Origin: Chrysomallon squamiferum
Lineage: Eukaryota > Animalia > Mollusca
Reading direction: 5' to 3'
Assembly (NCBI GenBank): GCA_012295275.1
Contig: CM022673.1
Span: 27,900,001-27,964,000 of the forward strand
DNA: 64,000 nt
Shown: positions 52,624 to 64,000 of the stretch, piece after piece
Numbering within the stretch: position 1 is the first letter of the stretch
How the letters are laid out: each line of letters opens with the position of its first letter
The notes under the pieces: model-generated
What the model saw: the letters and a program-made list of their open reading frames with translations, nothing else
Database searches by the model: none
What the model was told of the DNA's origin: nothing
Program-made: the position numbers and the translations under genes

Positions 52624-55448
52624 ATTATATAGCATTTTATTCCTAAACTAAAACAAATAAACAAACAGATAAATTATTTTATAAAACAAAGTCACGTCGA
52701 ATTCCAGAATTAACTGGCGCCGCTACGACTAAAAGGACCTATTTTGTTTGAACACCGGTTGTAGCCTACCTGTTTGACGAGTTTGACAAGCCAAATCAGT
52801 TTTTACACAGATTTATACGTAACCTTTTCACGTCTGCGGCATTAACACAAATAATGGCAGTATGAGTAAAATAATGAGCAAGACCTCTGCTAGTGCTACC
52901 AAATGGCTTTCGCAATATTAGGATACCTATGTTTATTTGTTTATTTATTTATTTATTTTTACTTTTTAAATTTTATTTTTAATTTGTTTTTAATTTTTAA
53001 TTTTGTTGTTGTTTTTTCTTTGTTATGACGTTATATTATCAGTTAATTATTTTTTATTTTTGTTATTATTTTGTAAGGTCTTATTAAGTTATTTAATAGC
53101 AATGTGAAATGAACCATTCACTTTTACCAAAGGCCCATTTAAAAAAAAAAAAAAAAAAAAGAAAGAAAGAAAACAATTCATTCTGAAATAAATAAGGTTG
53201 CCTAATAACCTTTACTTTCCTCATATTGTTTAATACTTTCTTTTTGTTTTCTGTCACACACACACACACACACATTTTTTATTATTATTATTGTTATTAT
53301 TTTTTTGACTCAGTAATTTCATTTTGAAATCAAAACAAAACTAACATAAATCATATATAAATTATGCACATAAAAAATGTAAATAAATAAAGAAATTTTA
53401 AGAAATATCTTTAAAAATAATATGGTACAAAAAAAAAAAAGCAACCTTCCATTTATTTCCAAGATATTAAATCTTTTTAATGTAGTAATAATAAATAAAA
53501 TGAAATAACAAGGAAACAAAAACAGTTTTTCATTATGCATACTAACTTAACTACATAACAACATACTGATGTCACCATGCTTTAATTTGTCTTTGCTGTT
53601 AACACTTGGTTTGAGGTATTTTTTCAGCCAAAGGCTTGAAGTGACATGTAGATGTACCAACGTATAGCTTCAATTCTTCTGGAAGGTCAGATTAATTTAA
53701 ATGGTACATATTAAAATGACACCATGGTAATAGTGACAACTTGGAAAAACAAACTGCAAAATTTTAAATATATTTACACACACATTGCAGTGTCTTATTC
53801 TTGTTTTTCACATTCTTAATTTTTATTTATTTGTTGCTTATTTTATATATTTTTTGTTGAAATCAAAATTTTCCCTTTTTATATGTTCATGTTTAAATTA
53901 GATCTTTTTTTAGGAGCATCCTCTCTCTCTCACTGTGAAAAACAGGTTCTTTTTTCTATGTATTCAACACACACATTCACTCAAACATACAGATGTACAT
54001 ATGTATACACACAGATGTACATACATACAGGGTCAATATAAAATCCTTGTGCAATTTGTTTTTTTCATTTGTTAGAATGATAAGAAATTTTTTTTATTGT
54101 TGACAATGTTCATTTTCTTCAGTGTCATTATGGATACAAGTCATCATATGATTCTTAAGTTCTGGAAATACAGTTAGTACTTGATTTTCAGATTTATCAC
54201 TGCTCATTCCTGAAATGTCTAAAAACATTCATTAATGAGCACAAATCTCCACCAGAAAGCTTAACTAAGACATTTATACATCTAAACCTTTTAAGAAAAA
54301 TTGTTATTAAATTTAGTGGTATCATGACACAGCATACTATTTTAGTAACAGGGTTTATTTTAGGTTTGCTAGAGAAGGCAGCACCAGTGGCAACAATAAA
54401 TAACAGGCATAGAACACATTTAAATAAAGAAAAAATAAAAGAAAAAGGGGAGATTGGTAGTTCCAGCATTGTGCTTTCATTTGGTGAAGTAATAAAGTGT
54501 ATTCGGTATGTGCGACTCAGTGTATTAATTAAAACTGTTGTACATGATGCAAAAAGTTGTACATCTAACTTCAGTTAGTTAACACTTTTTTGGGAATATT
54601 ATTTGTTGGTCCTAAAATGTGATAATTTGTACAGTGTCTGCAGTAAGAGACATACAAAGAGGCTCACAACTAACATGCTGATGTTAAATTAACCAAAATT
54701 GCAGTGTCTCTGTCTTTGCCTGTGTGCTTGTGTCTGTTCAAATATTCTTTTGTGTTTTCTCTTTTATTTATATATTTTTGTGTGTTTTTTTTTTTTTCTT
54801 TTTTACATATTCACAAAGCAAAACAGTGTGAAAAATGGATCTTTATTGTTAAGAAAGGGAGAGATCCTCATGAAATACATCTTAAGTTACATGAAAAAAT
54901 GACACTATATTTTTTTGAAAAAAGTTTGTTTTAAATGATGAATATATATATATATATAACAGGTTCTTCATTTAAAACAAACTTTATTCAACAGAATAGT
55001 GGAAACATCTCTCTCTCTCTTTCTATATGTGATTTAATATCTGAATAAAAACAATATCTGTAAACTTGAGTATTGTTTTGTAAAAACATAAAAATTATAT
55101 GTTGCTGTTTTTATCAACATTATCATCATGGAAAAAAAAATTATTTAACAGATTAAAAAGAAAGTTTTTGTCTTCTTCTCCCTGTATACTGACAAAGCAA
55201 AATAAGTAATAAAAGTTGTGACAGATCGTTAAAAATATATCCACAGAGTTTCCATAAAAGTTGTAACAAAATCAAAACATATATAAATAATGAAAATAAC
55301 AGTTTCTCTATTTAAAGCAGACTTTATTAAACAAAATGTTGGAAACATCAAGTAGATAAATGGAACAAGCAAATCTTTTAAAAATAATTTTGGACATTCT
55401 GACAATAGTTTACCATTTCACAATGGAAATGTTCTTTTGAGTGTTGCT

Positions 55449-55673
55449 TCAGAAAATAACAGAACCAATTCCTTGCACGTTCACTAAACCAGATGCACAT
55501 TCAGATTCTTGATCAGTGACTCCAGCGTGAAATAGATTTCCAAAGTTGGTGAAAAACGTTTTGCCTCCACTGAAGGAAAGTCTTTCATCTCGAAAGGAAC
55601 TCTCTACCTCGTCCCTGAATTCCATCTCTCTGGCAGGATGACTGTTCACAGTTGACGGCAAAAGAATGGACAT
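55449..55673 (-). CDS. Repeated 74-aa small ORF, copy 1 (type A), function unknown
   Basis: ATCATG start, TATAAAA at 55764-55770, AATAAA at 55323-55328; open in all four full copies. No recognisable domain. Confidence 0.4.
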   Translation of the reverse strand: MSILLPSTVNSHPAREMEFRDEVESSFRDERLSFSGGKTFFTNFGNLFHAGVTDQESECASGLVNVQGIGSVIF

Positions 55674-56011
55674 GATGAGAAATTCAGTTCTTTACTTCAA
55701 CAAACAAAGCTTCTGACTTTGAATCTTCTATCTCAGAATAAAGAACTTATTTTCTGTGATTTGTTTTATATGACACAAAAAAATGCCAGCCATGTGATTT
55801 GAATTTTAAACTTCTGTAATCGTCATGGATACAAAATCTATATTTTTTTACAACGTCTGGCAGGCTGATGACCCTGTCAATCCTTAATGATTTGCATACC
55901 ACTGTCAATCGAAGCATCCTGCTTTTTTTTAGTTGCTGTTGCTAAGAAATGAACTCACAATCTCTGTTTTAATTATGTTTGGCTTCCTACGTCTAAATTA
56001 TATTTTCAGAA

Positions 56012-56061
<50 letters not shown>

Positions 56062-56329
56062 GTGTGTGTGTGTGTGTGTTTCCATATACATATATACATA
56101 CATACATTCACACATACGCACACATATTTATACATGTACAGGGTCAATATAAAATCATTGTGCAATTTTATTTGTTTTATAAGTTCTAATCTGTGTATGA
56201 TAGGATTGATCTGTTAAAGGAGAAAAGACATTTACTGTTCAGAATGTATACATGATGAGTACAGATTTCCATTTATACTTCTAAACCTTTTAAGAAAAAT
56301 GAAAGAAAAGAAAAAGAGCGTACGTTGTA

Positions 56330-56425
56330 CTAGTTAAATTCTCGAAAGGAACTCTCTACCTCGTCCCTTAGTTCCATCTCTCTGGCAGGATGACTGTTCA
56401 CAGTTGACGGCAAAAGAATGGACAT
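56330..56425 (-). pseudogene. 3'-truncated copy of the 74-aa ORF (31 aa)
   Basis: MSILLPSTVNSHPAREMELRDEVESSFREFN*; cut at a rearrangement junction but retains the upstream TATA. Confidence 0.45.
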
Positions 56426-57238
56426 GATGAGAAATTCAGTTCTTTACTTCAACAAACAAAGCTTCTGACTTTGAATCTTCTATCTCAGAATAAAGAAGTT
56501 CTTTTCTGTGTTTTGTTTTATATGATACAAATATATCAGACATGTGACTTAAATGTTAAACCATTTCTAATTTGAAATAAATCATGGATACAAAATCTGT
56601 AAATAGTTACAGTCTGGAAGAGTGATGACCCTGTCAAATATTAACTATTATTTATATATATATATATACACACACATTAACACAAACATACAGATATAAT
56701 ACATACATGTACAGGGTCAATATAAAATCCATGTGCAATTATATTTTTTTATAACTTCTAATCTACATTTGATCTGTTAAAAAAGAAAAGAAATGTACTG
56801 TTGAGAATGTATGCATAATGAGTACAAACTCCATCTGAAAGCTTATCTATCAGATTTATACTTCTAAACCTTTTAAGAAAAATGACAGAAAATTAAAGCA
56901 TGTGGAATAAAAGAGCATACATTGTACTAGTTAAATTTTAATTTAAAATGAAGAAACGAATGACATTCCCCCTTAAAACATGATTAGAGAAATTTACATG
57001 GTACCACAAGAAGTTAGGAGAAATAAACAAAATATTGAATGTGTGTGTATGTATGTATGTATGTATGTGTGTATGCATTGCAGTGTTTCTTTAACGTGAT
57101 TATGTGATTTGAGAATGTCCCAGTGTGTGTAACTGATACTGGAGGTAGAGAGTGAACTAAAAGTATTCTAAATAACAAAAACAACAGAACAAAATCTGTT
57201 TGGGTTCTTATGATTACAAGATTACAAACAATGACATT

Positions 57239-57347
<109 letters not shown>

Positions 57348-57667
57348 AGTGATTAAACATTCATTGCCACTTGATTTTTGTTTTCTTTTCTCTGTGTATT
57401 CACAAAGCAAAAGAAGATATAAAAACTGTCACAGAGAGAGATCATCAATAACATATCCACAAAGTTGTCATAAAAATTCAACAAAAAATCAACAACATAT
57501 ATAAAGAATAAAAATAACAGTTTCTCTATTTAAAACAGACTTTATTCAACAAAATCTTGGAAACATCAAGTAGATAAACGGAAATAACAAATCTTTTTAA
57601 AACTATTTTTGGACGTTTGTACATCAGTTTACCATTTCACAATGGAAATGTTCTTTTGAGTGTTTCT

Positions 57668-57892
57668 TCAGAAAATAACAGAACCAATTCCTTGCACGTT
57701 CACTAAACCAGATGCACATTCAGATTCTTGATCAGTGGCTCCAGGATGAAATTGATTTTCAAAGTTGGTGAAAAACGTTTTGAATCCACTGAAGGAAAGT
57801 CTATCATCTCGAAAGGAACTCTCTACCTCGTCCCTTAATTCCATCTCTTTGGCAGGATGAGAGTTCACAGTTGACGGGAAAACAGTGGACAT
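57668..57892 (-). CDS. Repeated 74-aa small ORF, copy 2 (type B)
   Basis: Same length as copy 1; AATAAA at 57541-57546; TATA mutated to TCTAAAA. Confidence 0.38.
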   Translation of the reverse strand: MSTVFPSTVNSHPAKEMELRDEVESSFRDDRLSFSGFKTFFTNFENQFHPGATDQESECASGLVNVQGIGSVIF

Positions 57893-59021
57893 GATGAGAA
57901 AATCAGTTAATTATTCAACAATCAAAGTGTCTGACTTTGAATCTTCTGTCTCAGAATAAAGAATTTCTTTTCTGTGATTTGTTTTAGAAGACAGAAACAA
58001 GCCACGTGAATAAAATATTTGTAAAATGAAATAAATCGTCATGGATACAAAGTCTGTAATGGTTTACAAAGATTCGTGAGTCAAAGCATTCTGGTATATA
58101 CAGTTATTTTTCAGTTGCTGTTGCTATGTCAGTGAAATAAAAATCCCTCTTTTTGTTATGCCTGGCTACCTGTCTTTAAATTAGAGTCTCTCTCTCCACA
58201 CACACACACACACATACAGGTCAATATAAAATCCCGTTTAATGACTTTTGATCTATGTATGATAGGACTGATCTGTTTAAAAAGAAAGGAAATTTACTGT
58301 TGAGAATGTATACACAACGAGTACAAATCTCCATCTGAAAGCTTAACTATCACATTTATACTTCTAAACCTTTTAAGAAAAATTCAAGTAAATTAAAGCA
58401 TGCAGAAAATAAATGTATGACTGATTTAACTTAATTATTACATTTCTGAAATACGATTTGTCATGGAAACAAAATCTATAATGATTTAAAAAGATTCATA
58501 AGCTGACGCTACAGTCAGATTTGATTTAAAACAATATCTATATACTTCAATATCATTCGGTAGAATCATCAGAATTATAGTTGCTGTTTTTATCGACATT
58601 ATATTCATTATTGGGAAAAAAGATAATTTAACAGATCAAAAAGAAAGTTACTGGATGTAAGAGAAAACCATGTCCATAAAGCTGGAGTATAAATTGTACT
58701 AGTTAAATTTTAATTAAAAATAAAGAAAGTAACGACATTTGCCCTTAAAACATGATTAGAGAAATATAAACAATAGCACGAGAAATTAGGACAAATAAAC
58801 AAAATATTGAATGTCTGTGTATGTATGTATGCATTGCAGTCTTTGTTTAACGTGATATACACAAAGTTGTCATAAACATTTGACAAAATCAAAACATATA
58901 TAAATAATAAAAATAACAGTTTCTCTATTTAAAGCAGATTTTATTCAACAAAATATACAAAAATCAAGTTTCTTATAACAGTTTACTATTTAACAATGGA
59001 AATGTTCTTTTGAGTGTTTCT

Positions 59022-59246
59022 TCAGGAAATAACAGAACCAATTCCTTGCACGTTCACTAAACCAGATGCACATTCAGATTCTTGATCAGTGGCTCCAGGG
59101 TGAAATTTATTTTCAAAGTTGGTGAAAAACGTTTTGAATCCACTGAAGGAAAGTCTATCATCTCGAAAGGAACTCTCTACCTCGTCCCTGAATTCCATCT
59201 CTTTGGCAGGATGAGAGTTCATAGTTGACGGGAAAACAGTGGACAT
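59022..59246 (-). CDS. Repeated 74-aa small ORF, copy 3 (type B)
   Basis: AATAAA at 58940-58945; TATA mutated as in copy 2. Confidence 0.38.
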   Translation of the reverse strand: MSTVFPSTMNSHPAKEMEFRDEVESSFRDDRLSFSGFKTFFTNFENKFHPGATDQESECASGLVNVQGIGSVIS

Positions 59247-59549
59247 GATGAGAAAATCAGTTAATTATTCAACAATCAAAGTGTCTGACTTTGAATCTTC
59301 TGTCTCAGAATAAAGAATTTCTTTTCTGTGATTTGTTTTAGAAGACAGAAACAAGCCACGTGAATAAAATATTTGTAAAATGAAATAAATCGTCATGGAT
59401 ACAAAGTCTGTAATGGTTTACAAAGATTCGTGAGTCAAAGCATTCTGGTATATACAGTTATTTTTCAGTTGCTGTTGCTATGTCAGTGAAATAAAAATCC
59501 CTCTTTTTGTTATGCCTGGCTACCTGTCTTTAAATTATAGTCTCTGTCT

Positions 59550-59595
<46 letters not shown>

Positions 59596-60395
59596 CAATA
59601 TAAAATCCCGTTTAATGACTTTTGATCTATGTATGATAGGACTGATCTGTTTAAAAAGAAAGGAAATTTACTGTTGAGAATGTATACACAACGAGTACAA
59701 ATCTCCATCTGAAAGCTTAACTATCACATTTATACTTCTAAACCTTTTAAGAAAAATTCAAGTAAATTAAAGCATGCAGAAAATAAATGTATGACTGATT
59801 TAACTTAATTATTACATTTCTGAAATACGATTTGTCATGGAAACAAAATCTATAATGATTTAAAAAGATTCATAAGCTGACGCTACAGTCAGATTTGATT
59901 TAAAACAATATCTATATACTTCAATATCATTCGGTAGAATCATCAGAATTATAGTTGCTGTTTTTATCGACATTATATTCATTATTGGGAAAAAAGATAA
60001 TTTAACAGATCAAAAAGAAAGTTACTGGATGTAAGAGAAAACCATGTCCATAAAGCTGGAGTATAAATTGTACTAGTTAAATTTTAATTAAAAATAAAGA
60101 AACTAACGACATTTGCCCTTAAAACATGATTAGAGAAATATAAACAATAGCACGAGAAATTAGGACAAATAAACAAAATATTGAATGTCTGTGTATGTAT
60201 GTATGCATTGCAGTCTTTGTTTAACGTGATATACACAAAGTTGTCATAAACATTTGACAAAATCAAAACATATGTAAATAATAAAAATAACAGTTTCTCT
60301 ATTTAAAGCAGATTTTATTCAACAAAATATACAAAAATCAAGTTTCTTATAACAGTTTACTATTTAACAATGGAAATGTTCTTTTGAGTGTTGCT

Positions 60396-60620
60396 TCAGG
60401 AAATAACAGAACCAATTCCTTGCACGTTCACTAAACCAGATGCACATTCAGATTCTTGATCAGTGGCTCCAGCGTGAAATAGATTTCCAAAGTTGGTGAA
60501 AAACGTTTTGTATCCACTGAAGGAAAGTCTTTCATCTCGAAAGGAACTCTCTACCTCGTCCCTGAATTCCATCTCTCTGGCAGGATGACTGTTCACAGTT
60601 GACGGCAAAAGAATGGACAT
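60396..60620 (-). CDS. Repeated 74-aa small ORF, copy 4 (type A, with B-like 3' end)
   Basis: TATAAAA at 60711-60717, AATAAA at 60314-60319. Confidence 0.4.
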   Translation of the reverse strand: MSILLPSTVNSHPAREMEFRDEVESSFRDERLSFSGYKTFFTNFGNLFHAGATDQESECASGLVNVQGIGSVIS

Positions 60621-60958
60621 GATGAGAAATTCAGTTCTTTACTTCAACAAACAAAGCTTCTGACTTTGAATCTTCTATCTCAGAATAAAGAACTTATTTT
60701 CTGTGATTTGTTTTATATGACACAAAAAAATGCCAGCCATGTGATTTGAATTTTAAACTTCTGTAATCGTCATGGATACAAAATCTATATTTTTTTACAA
60801 CGTCTGGCAGGCTGATGACCCTGTCAATCCTTAATGATTTAAATACCACTGTCAATCAAAGCATCCTGCTTTTTTTTAGTTGCTGTTGCTAAGAAATGAA
60901 CTCACAATCTCTGTTTTAATTATGTTTGGCTTCCTACGTCTAAATTATATTTTCAGAA

Positions 60959-61090
<132 letters not shown>

Positions 61091-61338
61091 CCATATACAT
61101 ATATACATACATACATACACACATACGCACACATATATATACATGTACAGGGTCAATATAAAATCATTGTGCAATTTTATTTGTTTTATAAGTTCTAATC
61201 TGTGTATGATAGGATTGATCTGTTAAAGGAGAAAAGACATTTACTGTTCAGAATGTATACATGATGAGTACAGATTTCCATTTATACTTCTAAACCTTTT
61301 AAGAAAAATGAAAGAAAAGAAAAAGAGCGTACGTTGTA

Positions 61339-61434
61339 CTAGTTAAATTCTCGAAAGGAACTCTTTACCTCGTCCCTCAGTTCCATCTCTCTGGCAGGAT
61401 GACTGTTCACAGCTGACGGGAAAACAATGGACAT
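61339..61434 (-). pseudogene. Second 3'-truncated copy of the 74-aa ORF (31 aa)
   Basis: MSIVFPSAVNSHPAREMELRDEVKSSFREFN*; same truncation junction as 56330-56425. Confidence 0.45.
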
Positions 61435-61855
61435 GATGAGAAATTCAGTTAATTATTCAACAATCAAAACCTCTGACTTTGAATCTTCTGTCTCAGAATA
61501 AAGAATTTTTTTTCTGTGATTTGTTTTATAAGACACAACAATGGTGACCATGTGATTTAAATATTAACCTTGTGTAATATGAAATAAATCTCCATGGAAA
61601 GGAAATAGACTATTTCTTAAAACGTATGATTTTCACGGGCACAACTAGACAGAATTTGTTTAATGTCAAGTTATTGTGTCACACTTAGCGAAATAAGACG
61701 ACATAATCGGTCGTTAAGGATGTTGGTTTGAAATGACCTGCTGAGGCATTCAGATGGTTGTTTGAAAAGACGTATACCTTTACGAATGTGATGGTTTGAA
61801 AGGATGTATAGATTCACTAAGTGATGACTTGAAATCACCTGTAGAACGACTAAAT

Positions 61856-64000
61856 CAGTGGTTCCCAACCTTTCAAATATAGCGACCCATTTTAGAACAA
61901 GCAATCAGGAAGCGACCCCAATCCTTAAAATATCTTATATATACATTCACTTTTTTGTACAACAAACTGCCATATATTGCGATTATTGAATTATAGATTA
62001 TTTATTCGTGAAGTAAATATACATTCCGTAAATTCATGATTAATTTCAAATTTATTCATAAAATATTCCAAAGCTCCTACAAACATTACTTAATTGCAAA
62101 TCAATTCAAAATTATTCGAACACACAAATTTCCACCGTTATGTAAAGTATGTTTATGAACTGATCTTAATGAGACGGCTGGTATTGCAGTTTTTAAGCTA
62201 GCAATTCTCTCCTGGGCTCCGTTGTCGATATAGCACACCCCAAGTCGTCTCCCACATTTAATTTATTTCGGTGCTTGTTTTTAAGGATGAGAAGTTGGGA
62301 GAATGCTGCTTCACATAAGTCAGTTGTTGGGAACGGCAATAAATTCCTTATTGCGATTTCTGATATTACTGGGAATTTTTGGAAACCTTTTGCCCAAATT
62401 TCTTGTAGTTGCAGTTCACCAAACCATGATTTAGCTTCAAAATTGTTTGTTAAGTCGATGAACTCTTCTTCTGCTGCTTCAGGGACATCAGATACACTGG
62501 CATTGAAAGGGTTGATTGTAAGAGAGAAAGATTTGCAACATTCATCAGGAAAATAATTTCTTATTTGAACAGTAAGATTTTCCAAATGCTCTTGTAGCAA
62601 GCCATATAAGTCATCGATGTTAATTTCATTTGCCGCTTCTTCAACAAATTGGGCAAGTGTTGGGAACATGTATAATTTCTTTTGGTTAATTTTGATGATC
62701 CAGAGTTCCAATTTCATTTTGAAAGACGATATACTTTCCTTGCCCTGTAATCCTGTATTAATACTATTAAATATCTCAAAAATGTCGACCAGGTATGCCA
62801 ATTTGCACAACGTAAATTCATCCGTAAACAATGATTCATATTCGCTTGCATTTTGAGAAGCGAGAAATATTTGCAGCTCTCCTCTCAATTCAAAAAATCT
62901 CTTCAACGCCTTTCCTTTCGAGAGCCACCTTACCTCTGTGTCAAACAATAGTGCTTCATGCGTTGAACCCAAATATTCACATAAAAGTTTGAAGAGCCGT
63001 GTTGCAAGTGGCCTTGATTTAACGACATTTACTGCTTTAATCACTCGGTTAAGCACTTCTTTGAATGGTTCAGGTAACGTCTTGGTAGCTAATACTTGTC
63101 GATGAGTCATGCAGTGAGTCTCAATTACTTCTGCAGTCACTTTTTTAACTAACGATTGGAAGCCAGACTTACAGCCGAGCATTGCAGGTGCCCCGTCAGT
63201 ACAAACTCCGCACAATTTCTCCCATTCGATTGAATGTTCTTTGAAGAAATCATCAATTAAATAAAAAATATCAGCAGCAGTAGTTGAAGTTTGCAGAGGC
63301 TTACAAAACAAGAAATCTTCTTTAATTTTTTCATTTTTATAATAACGAACATACACAAGAAGTTGTGCAAAGTTTGTCACATCAGTAGTTTCATCAAGCT
63401 GTATGCTGAACAGCCCAGTTGGAGTTTCTTTTAATTCTTGAATAATTTGGCATAAAATATCCTCGGACACATCTGTTATCCTTCGTTTTACTGTATTGTT
63501 TGACACGGATAGAGGCGATAATTTATTTACTGCTTCAGGACCGATCATGAGACGTACAATATCTTTGGTGCATGGAAAACTAAGATTCTCAGCTGTTGTG
63601 TGTGGTTTTTTAACATGTGCTGTTCTTAATGCAACCGTGTATGAAGCTTCGATGGCGGCTAAAAAATTTTTTTGAAATAATCCACTGCTATCAAGCCGGC
63701 GGCTTTTGACACCAACAACTTTTGCTTTAAAAAAGTCAATACTTTTATCTTTCAAATCAGGGTGCTTAGTTTGGAGATGTCTTTGAAGTTTAGCTGGTTT
63801 CATAGACTCATGAGCAAGAACTTCCAAACATACTACTCACTGTGGTCTTTCCACACCTGCAATAACTATGTCAGTGAATCCCCACTTCGAGAAATCATCG
63901 CTGTACTTTCTCTTTCTTACACTCATTTTTAAAGGGTTAAGAATCACTCAAACAAAACTAACTACGTGTCACTGCAAGTGCGAGTACAACACTAGGTAAG
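61856..64000 (-). mobile_element. hAT superfamily, Buster/Charlie-type DNA transposon (other end outside the window)
   Basis: TIR CAGTGGTTCCCAACCT starts at 61856, flanked by the 8-mer GACTAAAT (nnnTAnnn target preference of Buster elements); internal transposase on the minus strand. Confidence 0.92.
62166..63926 (-). pseudogene. Buster-type hAT transposase (ZBED5/ZBED8/SCAND3-like), disrupted by two nonsense codons
   Basis: True start at 63926 (MSVRKRKYSDDFSKWGF...RPQ*VVCLEVL..SMKPAKLQRH..KH); TGA at 63837-63839 replaces the first BED-finger Cys. DDE motifs QLDETTD, CTDGAP and LCEAAFS, plus HCxxH and VRWLS. TAA at 62193-62195 precedes the in-frame ancestral tail KLQYQPSH*. Confidence 0.9.

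Noticed and set aside
52690-54200. Possible exons of a non-coding transcript between tra2 and the array (e.g. ttttcag at ~53627 to gaag|gtcaga at ~53685; minus-strand donor ~52769)
   Set aside because: Isolated splice-like sites on conflicting strands, no coherent model.
55424-55720. Plus-strand frame across the array core interrupted only by TGA (selenoprotein or recoding idea)
   Set aside because: No SECIS-like element or selenoprotein motif seen; TGA stops are expected from TCA on the opposite strand.
55672-55760. ATGATGA ... CTGA in each array unit resembling a C/D snoRNA
   Set aside because: C-to-D spacing is only ~35 nt, with no terminal D box or stem and no recognisable rRNA antisense element; ATGATGA is the complement of the ORF start context.
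62275-62856. Two plus-strand ORFs (93 and 79 aa)
   Set aside because: Antisense shadows of the transposase coding sequence.

Overview
AT-rich, microsatellite-dense animal genomic DNA with spliceosomal introns; a lophotrochozoan, probably a mollusc, is my inference from the repeat types. Most ORFs in the supplied track are simple-repeat artefacts, so I rebuilt the real genes by hand from splice sites. The window holds: (1) a complete 14-exon SLC6 Na+/Cl- amino-acid transporter (+, 3130-15202, ~698 aa); (2) a 3-exon, 98-aa secreted prepropeptide missing from the ORF track (-, 22741-30098: signal peptide, RNRR, acidic spacer, KR, then a Gln-started cationic peptide with one Cys pair); (3) a 2-exon Myb/SANT-like DNA-binding protein (+, 34535-39472); (4) transformer-2 (-, 46295-50851) with a GC-AG intron, a 21-nt microexon, an apparent +1 frameshift, and a downstream GAA-rich exon cassette that looks like a 3'-end NMD autoregulation switch; (5) a ~8 kb mosaic tandem array carrying four full and two truncated copies of an intronless 74-codon ORF, the full copies each followed by AATAAA and four of the six preceded by a TATA box; (6) a decayed hAT/Buster transposon running off the right edge. 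There is also a templated insertion of SLC6 exon 13 about 17 kb downstream, tRNA-derived SINEs and hAT fragments. No database searches were possible; family calls rest on recognised motifs.
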